Origin: Octopus sinensis
Taxonomy: Eukaryota
Reading direction: 5' to 3'
Length of the DNA stretch: 64,000 nt
NCBI RefSeq assembly: GCF_006345805.1
Contig: NC_043009.1
Location: 7,440,001 to 7,504,000, forward strand
Below, in pieces: positions 26,128-39,520 of this stretch; positions within the stretch are counted from its first letter, which is position 1, and each line of letters opens with the position of its first letter. A program made the translations under genes and the position numbers. The notes under the pieces are model-generated. The model saw nothing but the letters and a program-made list of their open reading frames with translations, did no database searches and was not told the origin of the DNA.

Positions 26128-28529
26128 ACTGAATTTAATGAAAGGTGGGTGAAAGTTGCGAAAATGGCAAGAGCGAATGGTAGCGCTCGAAGTGTACACC
26201 TGTGAATCTGAGGAAAGGAATTGAAGAGCACACTTACCCTTGATGTTCGTGGGCATCTGGGACAATGGGACTCCTGGATTATCGCTAGAGATCCTCCTGT
26301 ATCATGTGCACTACTTCACTATCGTTCTTTTTTGATTGCATACTACGTATACTTCCCTTCTTTGTTTATTTTATACCGTGTATACTTCCTTTTATATTCT
26401 CCTTTTCATCTGTCGCCCTGGTGGCAAATAACAGAAATTATTATTATTATTATCATTATCATTATTATTACTTTTATTGTTGTTATTTTTTTCCTAAATG
26501 CAAATTTGACATTTCAATTCAGTTCTTGTTAGAGGTGCATGAACATCACGAAACATCATAGGTCAACGAATATAATGCATATTTAAAGATACCATTTATT
26601 TCTGTTTCTGTGGTAATTGTCAAAATAGTTTAATTTTAATTAAAATTAATACATTTAATACTTTTTCTGAAGAAGAAAAAATTGTTTAGAAAGAATTAGT
26701 AATAAATAAACAAATGAGAGAAACGTGACAAATTTAGTTGAAATTGTGTATTTATTTAAATTTATTTTTCTAAAGATCGTAATTTTCTGTCCCACTTTTT
26801 AAATATTTTCCATCCTTTTTTTTATTTAGTGTTATATTTTCCATTTGAATTTCTCTTGTTTTTCTTAATAACATTTCAAATGATGGGGTCGCTTATAAAA
26901 ATAATTTGAAATGAGATTATAAACAACTGGTACAAAAGATGAAAAGAAAGAAAAATTTGTAGAGTTTCAACACTGAAAAGCTGGAAGAGTCTTAGTTTTA
27001 CATGACAACCTTAATAATGTAAAAGAGAGTAGACATATTTCGACATAAACACCATCTCAGAATTTATTTCAACAAAACAGACGATAGCTGTCAAAAGGGA
27101 CATAGAATTTTGAATAGCTAGGACGATCAATAAAATGGGTAATGAATTATGTTTTTGATTTTTATATTTGTTAAATATATAGAGGGGAAAATTATTTAAA
27201 TACGAAAAGGAAAAGCGAATTGATCTCGAAATTTTTATAGAAAGCGAGTACTCAAAGAAAGACATTGAATGGTATTGAATGCACCAAATTTTATTTAGTC
27301 GATTTTTTATTTCTTCATTATACATTTTCCTCATTTTTCGTTTTAGAAATGACAGTAGTTATTTACATTTTATTTTGTAATTATGTTTATTTTTTCTGGA
27401 AATATTTCTCATCAGATGGTATGAATAATGTGTATTGAAATAACATAGAAACAGCAGGCTCCTTTAAACATCTTCAATGTTTGCTTATCGCCTGCTTCTT
27501 CTCATTGCAGCATTATATCAATTCTCTTAGTTTTGAAACGATTTCTTTCACTGATATCTTCTCATACCATGCTTTCCGATTCTAAAGTTGAGTAACGATG
27601 GTCACAGAAGACTTACTATTTTAGTTCTTTTAATTAGAAAGGGAAAAGAAACGATTTATTTAATGAAAGTTGGCTCTGTTTATTTATTCTTATTCATAGT
27701 TAACGTGTTGTGAAGTAAATTAAAATTGAAAATGTCTGTAAAGTAAACGAAAAAAGACTTTAATTGATATTTACAAGAAATTTCATTTATTTTAAGGTTA
27801 CAGTGTAAGAATCTGTTTAACAACACAAGAGATATCTAGCTGTCATGTTCAAGTTTAGACGCCTACCCACCATCACACCATCTTATTAAGATGGAGAAAA
27901 TGAAGAGATTTCAAATCCAATTGTAGTTTTCGCTAGATTAATCGCTTGACATTTTAATTTAATATTCTATCATATATTAGACAAAAGAATGTCCTCAAAA
28001 TTTTAGAAGAATTAAAGAACATAAATTGCTGTATTTACATAAATTCGTAATTTGAATATTGAGGGAGTTGTCTTTGACTTGCAGCTTTTGGAATCGATAA
28101 AAAAAAATGATAGTAATATTCTTTAAAAATTACATCAAGTATAATTCTCACAAGTTTAAGTTTTAATGGATAATAATGATATTAACAGATATAAGTTTGA
28201 GAGTCTATTATAGATCACGCGTATGTCTGCTGCTATTTCTGTATTTTGGGAGACGCATTATACTTTACTTAGAATATAATAGAATTTTGAGTATGGATAA
28301 TTCTGAAAGTAAAAGAAATCGGTACTGGTAAATTCTTGTACAAACATCTATGGCTATGTTATTTAGTATGTAACAGATCTGCCCTAGTCTGAAAAAGGCT
28401 CATGTAAGAATGAAAATAGAAGTAAGAATAACAATAATAATAAAAAAAAGAAGACTTTCATTTCATCTTCAACAGTTAAACTTTATCAAACAGCGCAACC
28501 TCTCTTGTTCGGTGTATAGTAGAGGAAAC

Positions 28530-29039
28530 GTGGAGGCGCAATGTCCCAGTGGTTAGGGCAGCGGATTCGCGGTCGTAGAATCGCAGTTTCGATTCCCAGA
28601 CCGGGCATTGTGAGTGTTTATTGAGCGAAAACACCTAAAGCTTCACGAGGCTCCGGCAAGGGGTGGTGGTGAACCTTCCTGTACTCTTTCACCACAACTT
28701 TCTCTCGCTCTTTCTTCCTGTTTCAATTGTACCTATATTCCAAAGGGTCAGCTTTTTCACACTCTGTGTCACGCTGCATCTCCTCGAGAACTACGTTAAG
28801 GGTACACGTGTCTGGGGAGTGTTCAGCCACTTGCACGTTAATAAATGAGCTGCGACGTCAATGGTGCCAAACTGTATCGGGCTTTGCCTTTCCCTTGGAT
28901 AACATCGGTGGCGTGGAGAGGGAAGGCTGGTATGTGTGGACGACTGCTGGTCTTCCATAAACAACCTTGCCCAGACTTGTACCTCGGAGGTAACTTTCTA
29001 GGTACAATTCCACGGTCATTCATGACCGAAGGGGGTCAC
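28530..29039 (+). mobile_element. SINE family C, long form, with 12-bp TSD
   Basis: TSD AGTAGAGGAAAC at 28518-28529 and 29040-29051; colinear with 17279-17792. Confidence 0.9.
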
Positions 29040-29584
29040 AGTAGAGGAAACATTCATACATCTCGTGGTTTTGCATACGAATAGGTTGAATGTATGGAGC
29101 ATGTTCTACTGCTTTCCTTTCGGCGGCGAATTGCCAGTGTCGTAAGCGCATCGGATTGCATACTTCCTTCGTAGCCTTTGTTCCGAGCCTGTACTCCGAG
29201 TTCAAATCGCGCCATAAACAATTTTGTCTTTGGTTCTTTTGGAGCCAATAAATATTTATCAATTCGAGGTAATGGATTATCAGAAATGAAAGAACTTCGA
29301 ACCAGATGCTTTACGGTATTTGTTCCTTGTCTTCTGAAATCCTGACGTGGCACGCTTGGATGTCAGACAAACCACTTGTTACTTCCGGTGGTTTTAGTGA
29401 AATTCACTTTGTGTAAGTATTTGAGTTAGGCCTTCGGTTCGAGAATACCTTCTTCCTTCTAGCCAACCAGTCTTGGATCCCTCTCATTGCACTGCCATTC
29501 CTCTTCATTAGGAGAATTGACTACACCAAAGACACATATGATCAATGTAGTAACCTTTAACCAATGGAAGAATTCCATTTTCAT

Positions 29585-29890
29585 CATGCTTCAGTGGTTA
29601 GCGAATTCGGCTTCCAATCATAAGATCGTGAGTTCGAATCCCGGTGGCGAGTGTTGTCTTTGAGCAAGACTCTTTATTTCACGTTGCTCTATTCCAAGTG
29701 CACTCAACTGGCAAAAATAAGTAGTAAGCGTATATTAAAGGGCCAGCCTTGTCAGATACTGTATATCATTGAGAACTACGTTAAGGATACGCGTGATTGT
29801 AGAGCCAGTCACTTGCACATTACTTTCATGAACAGCTGGTCTGTTGATCAGATTAACTGGAACCTTCGTCTTCGTAACCGAAGGAGTGCT
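29585..29890 (+). mobile_element. SINE family D
   Basis: tRNA-like head (GAGTTCGAATCCC), CTTGAGCAAGAC core, shared with 41357-41676. Confidence 0.8.
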
Positions 29891-29958
29891 ACTGTGTGTG
29901 TGTGTGTGTACATTATACATACATACTTAATACATACACACAACACACCACACACACA

Positions 29959-29998
<40 letters not shown>

Positions 29999-30016
29999 AA
30001 TATATATATATATATA

Positions 30017-30630
30017 CACAGGCTACGATGGGTAAATTGTAAAATTTACGATTTTATATTTTTAATTTCACGCATTGTTTGTTTTTGATTTTGTCCACTA
30101 TACAGTATCGTAGAGTCAGTTGGGTACCGTCTGTGACAAAAATAGCACCACGACGCAATTTCCTCTGTCAAAAATTTGGAAGCGACATGCTGTACTGCTT
30201 GGCATTCGCGCCAGAAGCTCCAGTACGGGTATTTCAGAGTGTTTGGGTGTCAATCTTATGACAGTGCAATCTGAGGACATGTATCGACAGTGATAAAAAT
30301 CAAATATCCAGTCAACATCATGATGTTCGGAGTGATCATTATGATGGCGACGTTATGCCTCCATTAATGTTTCCACAGGGCCTCAGACTCAACAAAGAGG
30401 CCAACATCAACTGACTGGAGGTGGTAGCGCTGCCTTGGGTCAAGAGGATGGCTACTGGGAAACCCTACTTTGGGCAACAGGACTCTGCACCATACTACAT
30501 AAGAAGGAGAACCCAGTCATGGCTGTCAGACAATTTTAGCGACCACATTATCCCTAACATCTGGCCACCTAACTCCTCAGACTCCAACCCCCTTGTTTAT
30601 TATGTGTGGGGTGCAACTGAGCTAGGGGGA
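30017..30630 (+). mobile_element. Internally deleted Tc1/mariner element, DD37D (maT-type)
   Basis: HTH-like WKRHAVLLGIRARSSSTGISECLGVNLMTVQ, then QQDSAP...WPPNSSDSNPL(V), with 37 residues between the second Asp and the mutated third; stops and frameshifts present. Confidence 0.8.
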
Positions 30631-30743
30631 ACGTCCAGAAGAGTTGAAAGAGATTTTGAAGTCGTCTGATGGCTATGGTTGAAAGCTAATGGCGATTTTA
30701 TTGAATAGATTTACTCTTTAATATTTCATGATATTTTTTTATT

Positions 30744-30905
30744 GGCGCAGGTGTAGCTGTGTGACAATCAGCTTGCTTACCAACCACATGGTTCCAGGTT
30801 CAGTCCCACTGCGCAGCACCTTGGGCAAATGTCTTCTACTATAGCTTCGGGCCGACCAAAGCCTTGTGAGTGGATTTGTTTGAAGGAAGCTGACAGAAGC
30901 CCGTC

Positions 30906-30962
<57 letters not shown>
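30744..30962 (+). mobile_element. SINE family A 5' half ending in (TA)n
   Basis: Head/core match. Confidence 0.85.
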
Positions 30963-30966
<4 letters not shown>

Positions 30967-31065
30967 AGGTTGGCAACTAAGTTCCCGCCGTTTTTTTAAA
31001 TTTAACTTTTTTAAAAGGTTTAATAAAAATCAGCAACTAGTTAATTAATTATGTATTCACTCTTA

Positions 31066-31140
31066 TTTACATTATTTACATTGGACGGATATTTGTCCTC
31101 ATCTTCTTTGTTTTTAACACAACGTTTCGGCTGATATGCT
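31066..31140 (-). mobile_element. Penelope-like terminal fragment
   Basis: Minus strand ..CAGCCGAAACGTTGTGTT..GAGGACAAATATCCGTC; same family as 54015-54150. Confidence 0.5.
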
Positions 31141-31285
31141 GTTACCGTCTGAGTTCAAATTCTGCGAAATCGACTTTGCCTTTCATCCTTTCGGGGTCGC
31201 ACTGGGGTGGATGTAGCCAACTTAAAACCTTTGTCTATCCTTGTTTGTCCCCTCTGTGTTTAACCCCTTGTGGGTAATAAATTAA
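31141..31285 (+). mobile_element. SINE family B, 5'-truncated
   Basis: Consensus match. Confidence 0.75.
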
Positions 31286-32033
31286 TAAATATTTACATCA
31301 TGTTATTTATAACATTGCGATGCGCTTTGAAATCCAATGTTTCGAAATAGAAATATTTTACAATCTCTCGAAAGCTTATATATTCATATGATATCAACAA
31401 TACATACATACATACATACATACATACATACATACATACATACATACATACATACATACACACATACATACATACATACATGCAAGCATACATGCATACA
31501 TATATACACATACATGCATGCATACATACAAACAAAGATACACGTATACATATATAAATACATACATACGTACATACATACATATGTTGTGTCACATCTA
31601 AACTCCCAGCACCTCCATTCTGGGGGTCTCACCTAGGTTTACTGAGTGTGATTGTATAACCTAAACTGCTCCAAATAAATACCTATCCATAAAGTGTGTG
31701 GCTGTGTGTATACGTGAGCGAGGATTACTCAACGAGACATCAATGGCCACCCATCAACTCTACCAATGAAGCGGCTGAAAGAAATTAAGAATTTTTGAGT
31801 CTCATATTACACACTTTATGACTCCAGATTGGAAACCCTTCAGTTGTTTTCCTCTCTCACTCTGTCTTCTCCCTCTCTTTATCGCTTCCCAGTTTCTCCC
31901 TCTGATGTACTGGTCTTGCCTTTCTTGTAACACAGGGTGTTTCGTGTGAGTTCATTCATTAAGGGTAAGGACCACCCAAGGCGCGGCTTATATCCATCCT
32001 GAAAGGATTATCAGCTCATCATTCGCATGTGTG

Positions 32034-32084
<51 letters not shown>

Positions 32085-32112
32085 ACACACACATACACAT
32101 GTATATATATAT

Positions 32113-32308
32113 TCACGAGGAAAAGATCCTGGCTTTGGGTAACAAAAAATACAGGAAGATTAGTTAATTATGGTTTTATTGAACATACTCCCCTCTCTTA
32201 TTGCAGTGGTCCTTTAGTATTTCTAAGTCTAGTAAAAGAAGGTCGGGCATCGAAAGAGGACTTAGGCGATACCCTTAAAAGCCAGGAGCTTTTCAGCACC
32301 ACTTCGTG
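32113..32308 (-). mobile_element. Mariner-derived MITE
   Basis: TIR remnants ACGAGG..AAAAGATCCTGGCTTT / AAAGCCAGGAGCTTTTCAGCACC; same family as 39305-39520. Confidence 0.7.
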
Positions 32309-32428
32309 TGTGTGTATGTGTGTATGTGTGTATGTGTGTGTGCGCGCGCGTGTGTATGTATATATATATATATAAATAGATGTGTCTCTGTGTATATATT
32401 ATATATGTATATGTTATGTATATATATA

Positions 32429-32470
<42 letters not shown>

Positions 32471-32554
32471 GTATAAGTGATGTACTCAAGTGTAGTTATG
32501 TTTTTAGCTTGTCTTTTCCATTGATCACATGCGTGAGTATTTTATTTTATCCCA

Positions 32555-32632
32555 TCGAAAGTTCTACTGAAGAAGGAATATATCTTTTTTTATAAGATTA
32601 AGTCCGAAATTGATTCAATATAGAGATAACGA
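32555..32632 (+). ncRNA. Type I hammerhead ribozyme, copy 1
   Basis: Stem I UUCUA/UAGAG (plus distal UCG/CGA); core CUGAAGA 32567-32573 with an extra A; stem II GGA/UCC and AUCUU/AAGAU; GAAA; stem III AUUG/CAAU with AUU loop; predicted cleavage AUA after 32620. Confidence 0.8.
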
Positions 32633-33050
32633 AATTAAATTTTCTAAAGGTTAGTTGCCCGTTTTCAGTTTCAATTTTCCTGTAACAAGCGGATTATCAG
32701 TGATAAAACAGTGTATTTGGCTTTAGAATAACCCTCTTTAGCCCTTAATATATGATGTATATTGCAACCGTAACGGTTTTTTTAAATATACTGCCCACGC
32801 TTCCTGATATTCTTTGCTGTAGAGTAGGGACTTCATCCTATATTGCTTAGTAGTAAACTCGATGCTTGCTACAGGAGGACTGGTAACCATTACAACCTTA
32901 CAATTTGTAGCGGCGAAAGGTCTGGACGTTTTTTTCTGAGGCTGACCAAAGAATTTTTATTTTTAGATATAAGTGATGTACTCAAGTGTAGTTATGTTTT
33001 TAGCTTGTGCTTTTTCCATGATCATGCGTGAGTATTTTATTTATATCCCA

Positions 33051-33128
33051 TCGAAAGTTCTACTGAAGAAGGAATATATCTTTTTTTATAAGATTAAGTC
33101 CGAAATTGATTCAATATAGAGATAACGA
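33051..33128 (+). ncRNA. Type I hammerhead ribozyme, copy 2
   Basis: Identical to copy 1; core 33063-33069; predicted cut after 33116. Confidence 0.8.
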
Positions 33129-33535
33129 AATTAAATTTTCTAAAGGCTAGTTGCCCGATTTCAGTTTCAATTTTCCTGTAACAAGCGGATTATCAGTGGA
33201 TAAAACAGTGTATTGGCTTTAGATAACCCTCTTTAGCCCTTAATTATATGATGTAATTGCAACCGTAACGGTTTTTTTAAATATACTGCCCACGCTTCCT
33301 GATGAATTCCTTTGCTGTAGAGTAAGGGACTTCATCCTAATTGCTTAGTAGTAAACTCGATGCTTGCTACAGGAGGACTGGTAACCATTACAATTTGTAG
33401 CGGCGAAAGTCTGGACGTTGTTTTCTGAGCTGACCAAAGATTTTTATTTTTAGATATAAGTGATGTACTCAAGTGTAGTTATGTTTTTAGCTTGTGCTTT
33501 TTCCATGATCATGCGTGAGTATTTATTATATCCCA

Positions 33536-33613
33536 TCGAAAGTTCTACTGAAGAAGGAATATATCTTTTTTTATAAGATTAAGTCCGAAATTGATTCAAT
33601 ATAGAGATAACGA
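33536..33613 (+). ncRNA. Type I hammerhead ribozyme, copy 3
   Basis: Identical to copy 1; core 33548-33554; predicted cut after 33601. Confidence 0.8.
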
Positions 33614-34028
33614 AATTTAAATTTTCTAAAGGTTAGTTGCCGTTTTCAGTTTCAATTTTCCTGAACAAGACGAACGAATTATAAGTGGATAAAACAGTGT
33701 ATTGGCTTTAGAATAACCCTCTTTAGCCCTTAATTATATGATGTATATTGCAACCGTAACGGTTTTTAAAATATAACTGCCCACGCTTCCTGATGAATTC
33801 CTTTGCTGTAGAGTAGGGACTTCATCCTATATTGCTAGTAGTAAACTCGATGCTTGCTACAGGAGGACTGGTAACCATTACAATTTGTAGCGGCGAAAGG
33901 TCTGGACGTTGTTTTCTGAGGCTGACCAAGAATTTTTATTTTTAGATATAAGTGATGTACCCAAGTTTAGTTATGTTTTAGCTGTGTGTTTTTCCATGAT
34001 CATGCGTGAGTATTTTATTTATATCCCA

Positions 34029-34104
34029 TCGAAAGTTCTACTGAAGAAGGAATTATTCTTTTTTATAAGATTAAGTCGAAATTGATTCAATATAGAGATA
34101 ACGA
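34029..34104 (+). ncRNA. Type I hammerhead ribozyme, copy 4 (indels in stem II)
   Basis: Core 34041-34047; one C lost before GAAA; predicted cut after 34092. Confidence 0.65.
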
Positions 34105-34244
34105 AATTTAAATTTTCTAAGGTTAGTTGCCCGTTTTCAGTTTCAATTTTCCTGTAACAAGCGGATTATAGTGGATAAAACAGTGTATTGGCTTTAGAAT
34201 AACCCTCTTTAGCCCTTAATTATATGATATATATATATATATAT

Positions 34245-34647
34245 AGATAGATATATAGCTAAATAGACAAATAAATAAATAGATAGATAGATATATACAT
34301 GCATATGCATGTATATATTCACATACGTTTACACAAGCATACAAAAACGCACGTGTATAGTTATCTCTGCATATGAAAATCTCTGTGTGTCTGTGCTACT
34401 ATATGTGTGTGTGTGTGTGTGTGTATGTGTGTGCGTGTGTATGTATATATATATAAATAGATGTGTCTGTGTATATATAGATAGATAAATAGATACAAAA
34501 ATAAATAGATAGATAGATATATGCATACATATGCATGCATATATTCACACACGTTTACACAAGCATACACACAAGCACATATATAGTTATCTCTGCATAT
34601 GGAAATCTCTGTGTATCTGTGCTACTATATGTGTGTGTCTGTGTGTA

Positions 34648-34681
<34 letters not shown>

Positions 34682-34690
34682 GTGTGTGTG
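34245..34690. repeat. ~233-bp tandem duplication rich in microsatellites
   Basis: TATAGTTATCTCTGCATATG..AAATCTCTGTGT..CTGTGCTACTATATG occurs twice. Confidence 0.8.
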
Positions 34691-34914
34691 TGTGTGTGTG
34701 TGAGCGCGCACGAATGGGTGTTTGTGTAGATATAGAGACTACTAAAGAAGTTGCAGGATGGGAGTGATAAAACTGTAATCCAGTAAAGGAATTTTCGGGA
34801 AAAGAGCAAGAAGGACAAAAAAAAAAGGAAGAAAAGAAAATGAGGTTTTTGATTACAGTGTGGGAAAATGAAAGAATCGGAAATGGTGATGGGGGTTTAG
34901 AACGAGTGTATAGA

Positions 34915-35446
<532 letters not shown>

Positions 35447-35795
35447 TATATGACAAATGAGATGTAGGCATATAAACAAGTATATTTATTCAGTACACAG
35501 TTATATGGTCAGATACACACACATACAAACGCTGACGCATACACGTACATTTACACACACAATATGGACTCACAAAGACACACACACACACGAACGCTCA
35601 CAAGCACATACAAACACACATACTGCATATTCATCATACTTGCACATACATGCACGCACACATAAATGTATATAAATATATATATATATATACATATGTA
35701 TGTAGTATGTACATTAATGTATGTATGCATATAGTTATATATTATATTATATTTCATATATATATATATAAATGTATATATATATGCATATATAT

Positions 35796-35843
<48 letters not shown>

Positions 35844-35854
35844 ATATATCTATT

Positions 35855-36068
35855 ACCCAGAGGGGTGGCTAAACAGAGAAGGGGAAACAAGGACAGACAA
35901 AAGGATTACATCAAGCCTAGTGCGTAACTTGTACTTATTTAATCGACCCCGAAAGGATGAAAAGCAGAGTCGACCTTGGCGGAATTTGAACTCAGAAGGT
36001 ACCGGCAGATGAAATACCTGTAAACACTTCGTCTAGCGCGCTATTGATTCTGCCATCTCACTTCCTTC
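35855..36068 (-). mobile_element. SINE family B, diverged
   Basis: Consensus match. Confidence 0.8.
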
Positions 36069-36141
36069 CATCGTGTGTGTGTGTGTGTGTGTGTGTATAA
36101 CATAACGTATATACATATATATATATATATATGTGCATTTA

Positions 36142-36182
<41 letters not shown>

Positions 36183-36377
36183 ACACACACGTACACACAC
36201 ACGCACAAATACAGGCACACCCTTCAATTATTTAAAACCGTCTGATTGGCCCTTTGCAACTTCAAATTTCGTTGGCTTGTTACGAGAACCCAGCTCATTT
36301 GATTGACTGTTCGAGGTCAATGAAAGATAGATCGGTACGTAGATGGACAGACAGACGGATACAAGATAGATAAGATT

Positions 36378-36428
<51 letters not shown>

Positions 36429-36488
36429 GGATAGTTATAAATATATAGATATATATCTATGTAGGTAGGTAGGCAGGCAGGGAGATAA

Positions 36489-36541
<53 letters not shown>

Positions 36542-36839
36542 AGGAGAGATAGGAGACTAGATGAAGAAAAAAGAGGAAAATGGGGACCCATTTTTGTTTC
36601 AAAAGATTCGATTTTTCAACGAGTGGTGAAAAATAACTACAGAAATAAATTTAATGATAAAAATAAAACAACCAATTTTAAAAAATGTTGAACCAAAGAA
36701 ATAGAAATGCAGAGCAAATACACAAATAAAACAGAATAATATAATGTCAAGACAGTTATTTACTTATTGATATTTTGTTTAATCTTATTTGATTTATGTT
36801 TTTAAAAAGAAACAATTATTTGACAAATTTGGATCACAA

Positions 36840-36929
36840 TTACGTCCAGCTAATAATAATGATAATAATATTACCATCACTGATGCTCTGCTGCTGCTGC
36901 TACTACTACTACTACTACTACTGCTGCTG

Positions 36930-36994
<65 letters not shown>

Positions 36995-37018
36995 ACTACT
37001 ACTACTACTACTACTACG

Positions 37019-37051
<33 letters not shown>

Positions 37052-37658
37052 AATACTGCTGCTGATTGTGATGGTAATGATGGCGATGTTGATGGTGATG
37101 ATGAGGGGGAAAAGGATAATGGTAATGATGATAATAATGATAATGACAATGAGGATGATGATGATGATGAGGAGGAGAATGCTGCTGATAATGACGATGA
37201 CAACGATGATGGTGGCGAAGATTACAATGGCGACTGCGATGATGATTGTGATGATAATGATGATGACGATGAAGATGATGATGATGATGATGATGATGAA
37301 GAAGAAGAAGAAGAAGAAAAAGAAGAAGAAGAAGAAGAAGACGAAGAAGAAAAGAAGAGACGAAGAAGAAGAAGACGAAGAAGAAGAAGAAGAAAAAGAA
37401 GAAAGGAAGAAGAGAAGAAGAAGAAGAAGAAGAAAAGAAGAAGAAGAAGAAGAAGAAGAAGAAGAAGAAGAAGAAGATGTCGTTAATGATGGTGGAGAAG
37501 ATGACGATCATAATGATTATGATGGCGGTGATGTTGGAGATGATGATGATGATGATGATGATGATGATAATGATGATGGAGAAGAGGAAGCTGCTATTGC
37601 TGCTGTTGCTGCTGCTACTGATGATGAGGATGAAGATGACGGTGGTGAAGATGGTGAT

Positions 37659-37722
<64 letters not shown>

Positions 37723-38070
37723 GTGATAACAATAACAATAATAATATCAAGAAAAAATAATAGACTTACACAATAACAACAACAAAATGAAAAGCAGGGA
37801 GACAATTCGCATCAGCTCCAACAACAAAAACAACAATAATAACAACAACAACAACGACAGCAATAACCGACATATTAATGGTGATGGTAATAACGGGTTC
37901 GGTTGAGTTGATACGAAATCTGTAGACATATTAATCACAATCAATGGTTATGTGTCAAGTAGGCAACAACAACGACGACGACGACAATAATAATAATAAC
38001 AATAATAATAATAGTAATAATAATAATAATAAATAATAATAATAATAATAATAATGATAATAATAATGAT
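36840..38070. repeat. (CTG/CTA), (GAT), (GAA) and (AAT) trinucleotide mosaic
   Basis: Direct observation; explains the 323-aa low-complexity ORF. Confidence 0.95.
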
Positions 38071-38637
38071 AAAAATAATACAAGAAACACCAAAAAAAAA
38101 TATACACTGGAGAAGGCAATCAGCTGAAAAGGAAAAGAATAATGAAGAAATATATTTTTTTCTAAACAAATATTGAAATAAAATTTGTTTGTATGTATGT
38201 ATGTATGTATGTATGTATGTATGTATGCATGCATGTATGTATGCATGCATGTATGTATGCATGTATGTATGTATGTATGTATGTATGTATGTATGTATGT
38301 ATGTATGTATGCATGTATGTATGCATGTATGAATAGATGTGTGCACGTATGTATGCATGTATGTATGTGTGCATGGATGGTTGTGTGTGTGCATGTATGC
38401 ATGTGTATATGTTTGCATGCATGTATGTGTGTGTGTATGTATGCTTGTGTGTATGCATCAGTGTATGGATGTTTTATAGGTGCGTAAATATATATTTAAA
38501 AGTACATATAAACAAGCACAAACACACGCACACGCACACATGTAGCACACAGATATATGCCCGTGTGTCTGTTCACATACGCATATATATATATACATAC
38601 ATATATATATACATATATATACATATATGCATATACA

Positions 38638-38668
<31 letters not shown>

Positions 38669-38704
38669 CATATATGTATGTAGATATATATATATTATAT
38701 ATAG

Positions 38705-38758
<54 letters not shown>

Positions 38759-39304
38759 CATATATATGCATGTACACATATACATGCATATATACATACA
38801 CACACGTATATGCATACATAGAAGTAGGAGAACATTCGCAGAGAAGTTACAAGAATTTGTTCCTCGGATTAGTGCAACTGTCGCTTGAATGGAAGTAAAC
38901 CATATATTAAGAGAATATTTGCATGTGTAATGAAGGCAAAGATGAAGGCGAACGTGATCAGATGTAGACAGTTCATTGTCGTTATAAATAAAACTGCAAA
39001 TGAGTACTTCGAAATTAGATGTCTGGCTATCAGCATCTACATTCACATATTCGTTTCACTCCTGCAGCTGCTGTTTTTGTTGTGGTGATGGAGGAAGTGG
39101 CGTTGATGCGGACGGTATGTGTTTGTACAGCCAAGGACGTTTGTGATCTAACAAAACTAAGATCGATGACGTTGATAACCGTGCCTATTTTCCCCATATA
39201 TATAACCTTGTCTGCATTTGTAATTTTCCCTTGCTCTCTTTGAAGATAGTTTTGTTATACGTTTTGTTAATTTTATCAATTCTTCACATATACACACACA
39301 CTGA

Positions 39305-39520
39305 TACGGTCCTGGAAAGTTGCTGGCTTTAAGAGTATCGTGAAAGGCCTGGTTAGAGACCCGATCTTCCGGGTTCTTTTAGAGAGATTAGAAAAACTAA
39401 AGGACCGCTGCAATTAGTGTGTGAATCTGAGAGGGAAATGTGTTGAATACAATCATAATTAACTGATCCTCCTCTATTTTCTTTTACCCTAAACCAGGAG
39501 CTTTTCAGCTCACCCTCATA
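39305..39520 (+). mobile_element. Mariner-derived MITE
   Basis: Degenerate TIRs; internal LEKLKDRCN*CVNLRGKCVE resembles a mariner transposase C-terminus. Confidence 0.75.

Larger units (their letters stand above)
32466..34228 (+). repeat. Tandem array of ~490-bp hammerhead-containing units (retrozyme-like), 3.6 copies, flanked by (TA)n
   Basis: TATAAGTGATGTAC at 32472, 32968, 33455 and 33947; differences are mostly single-base indels. Confidence 0.95.

Noticed and set aside
33740-33800. Possible C/D-box snoRNA (ATGATGT...CTGA) in the 490-bp unit
   Set aside because: Box C imperfect, weak terminal stem, no convincing rRNA complementarity by eye.
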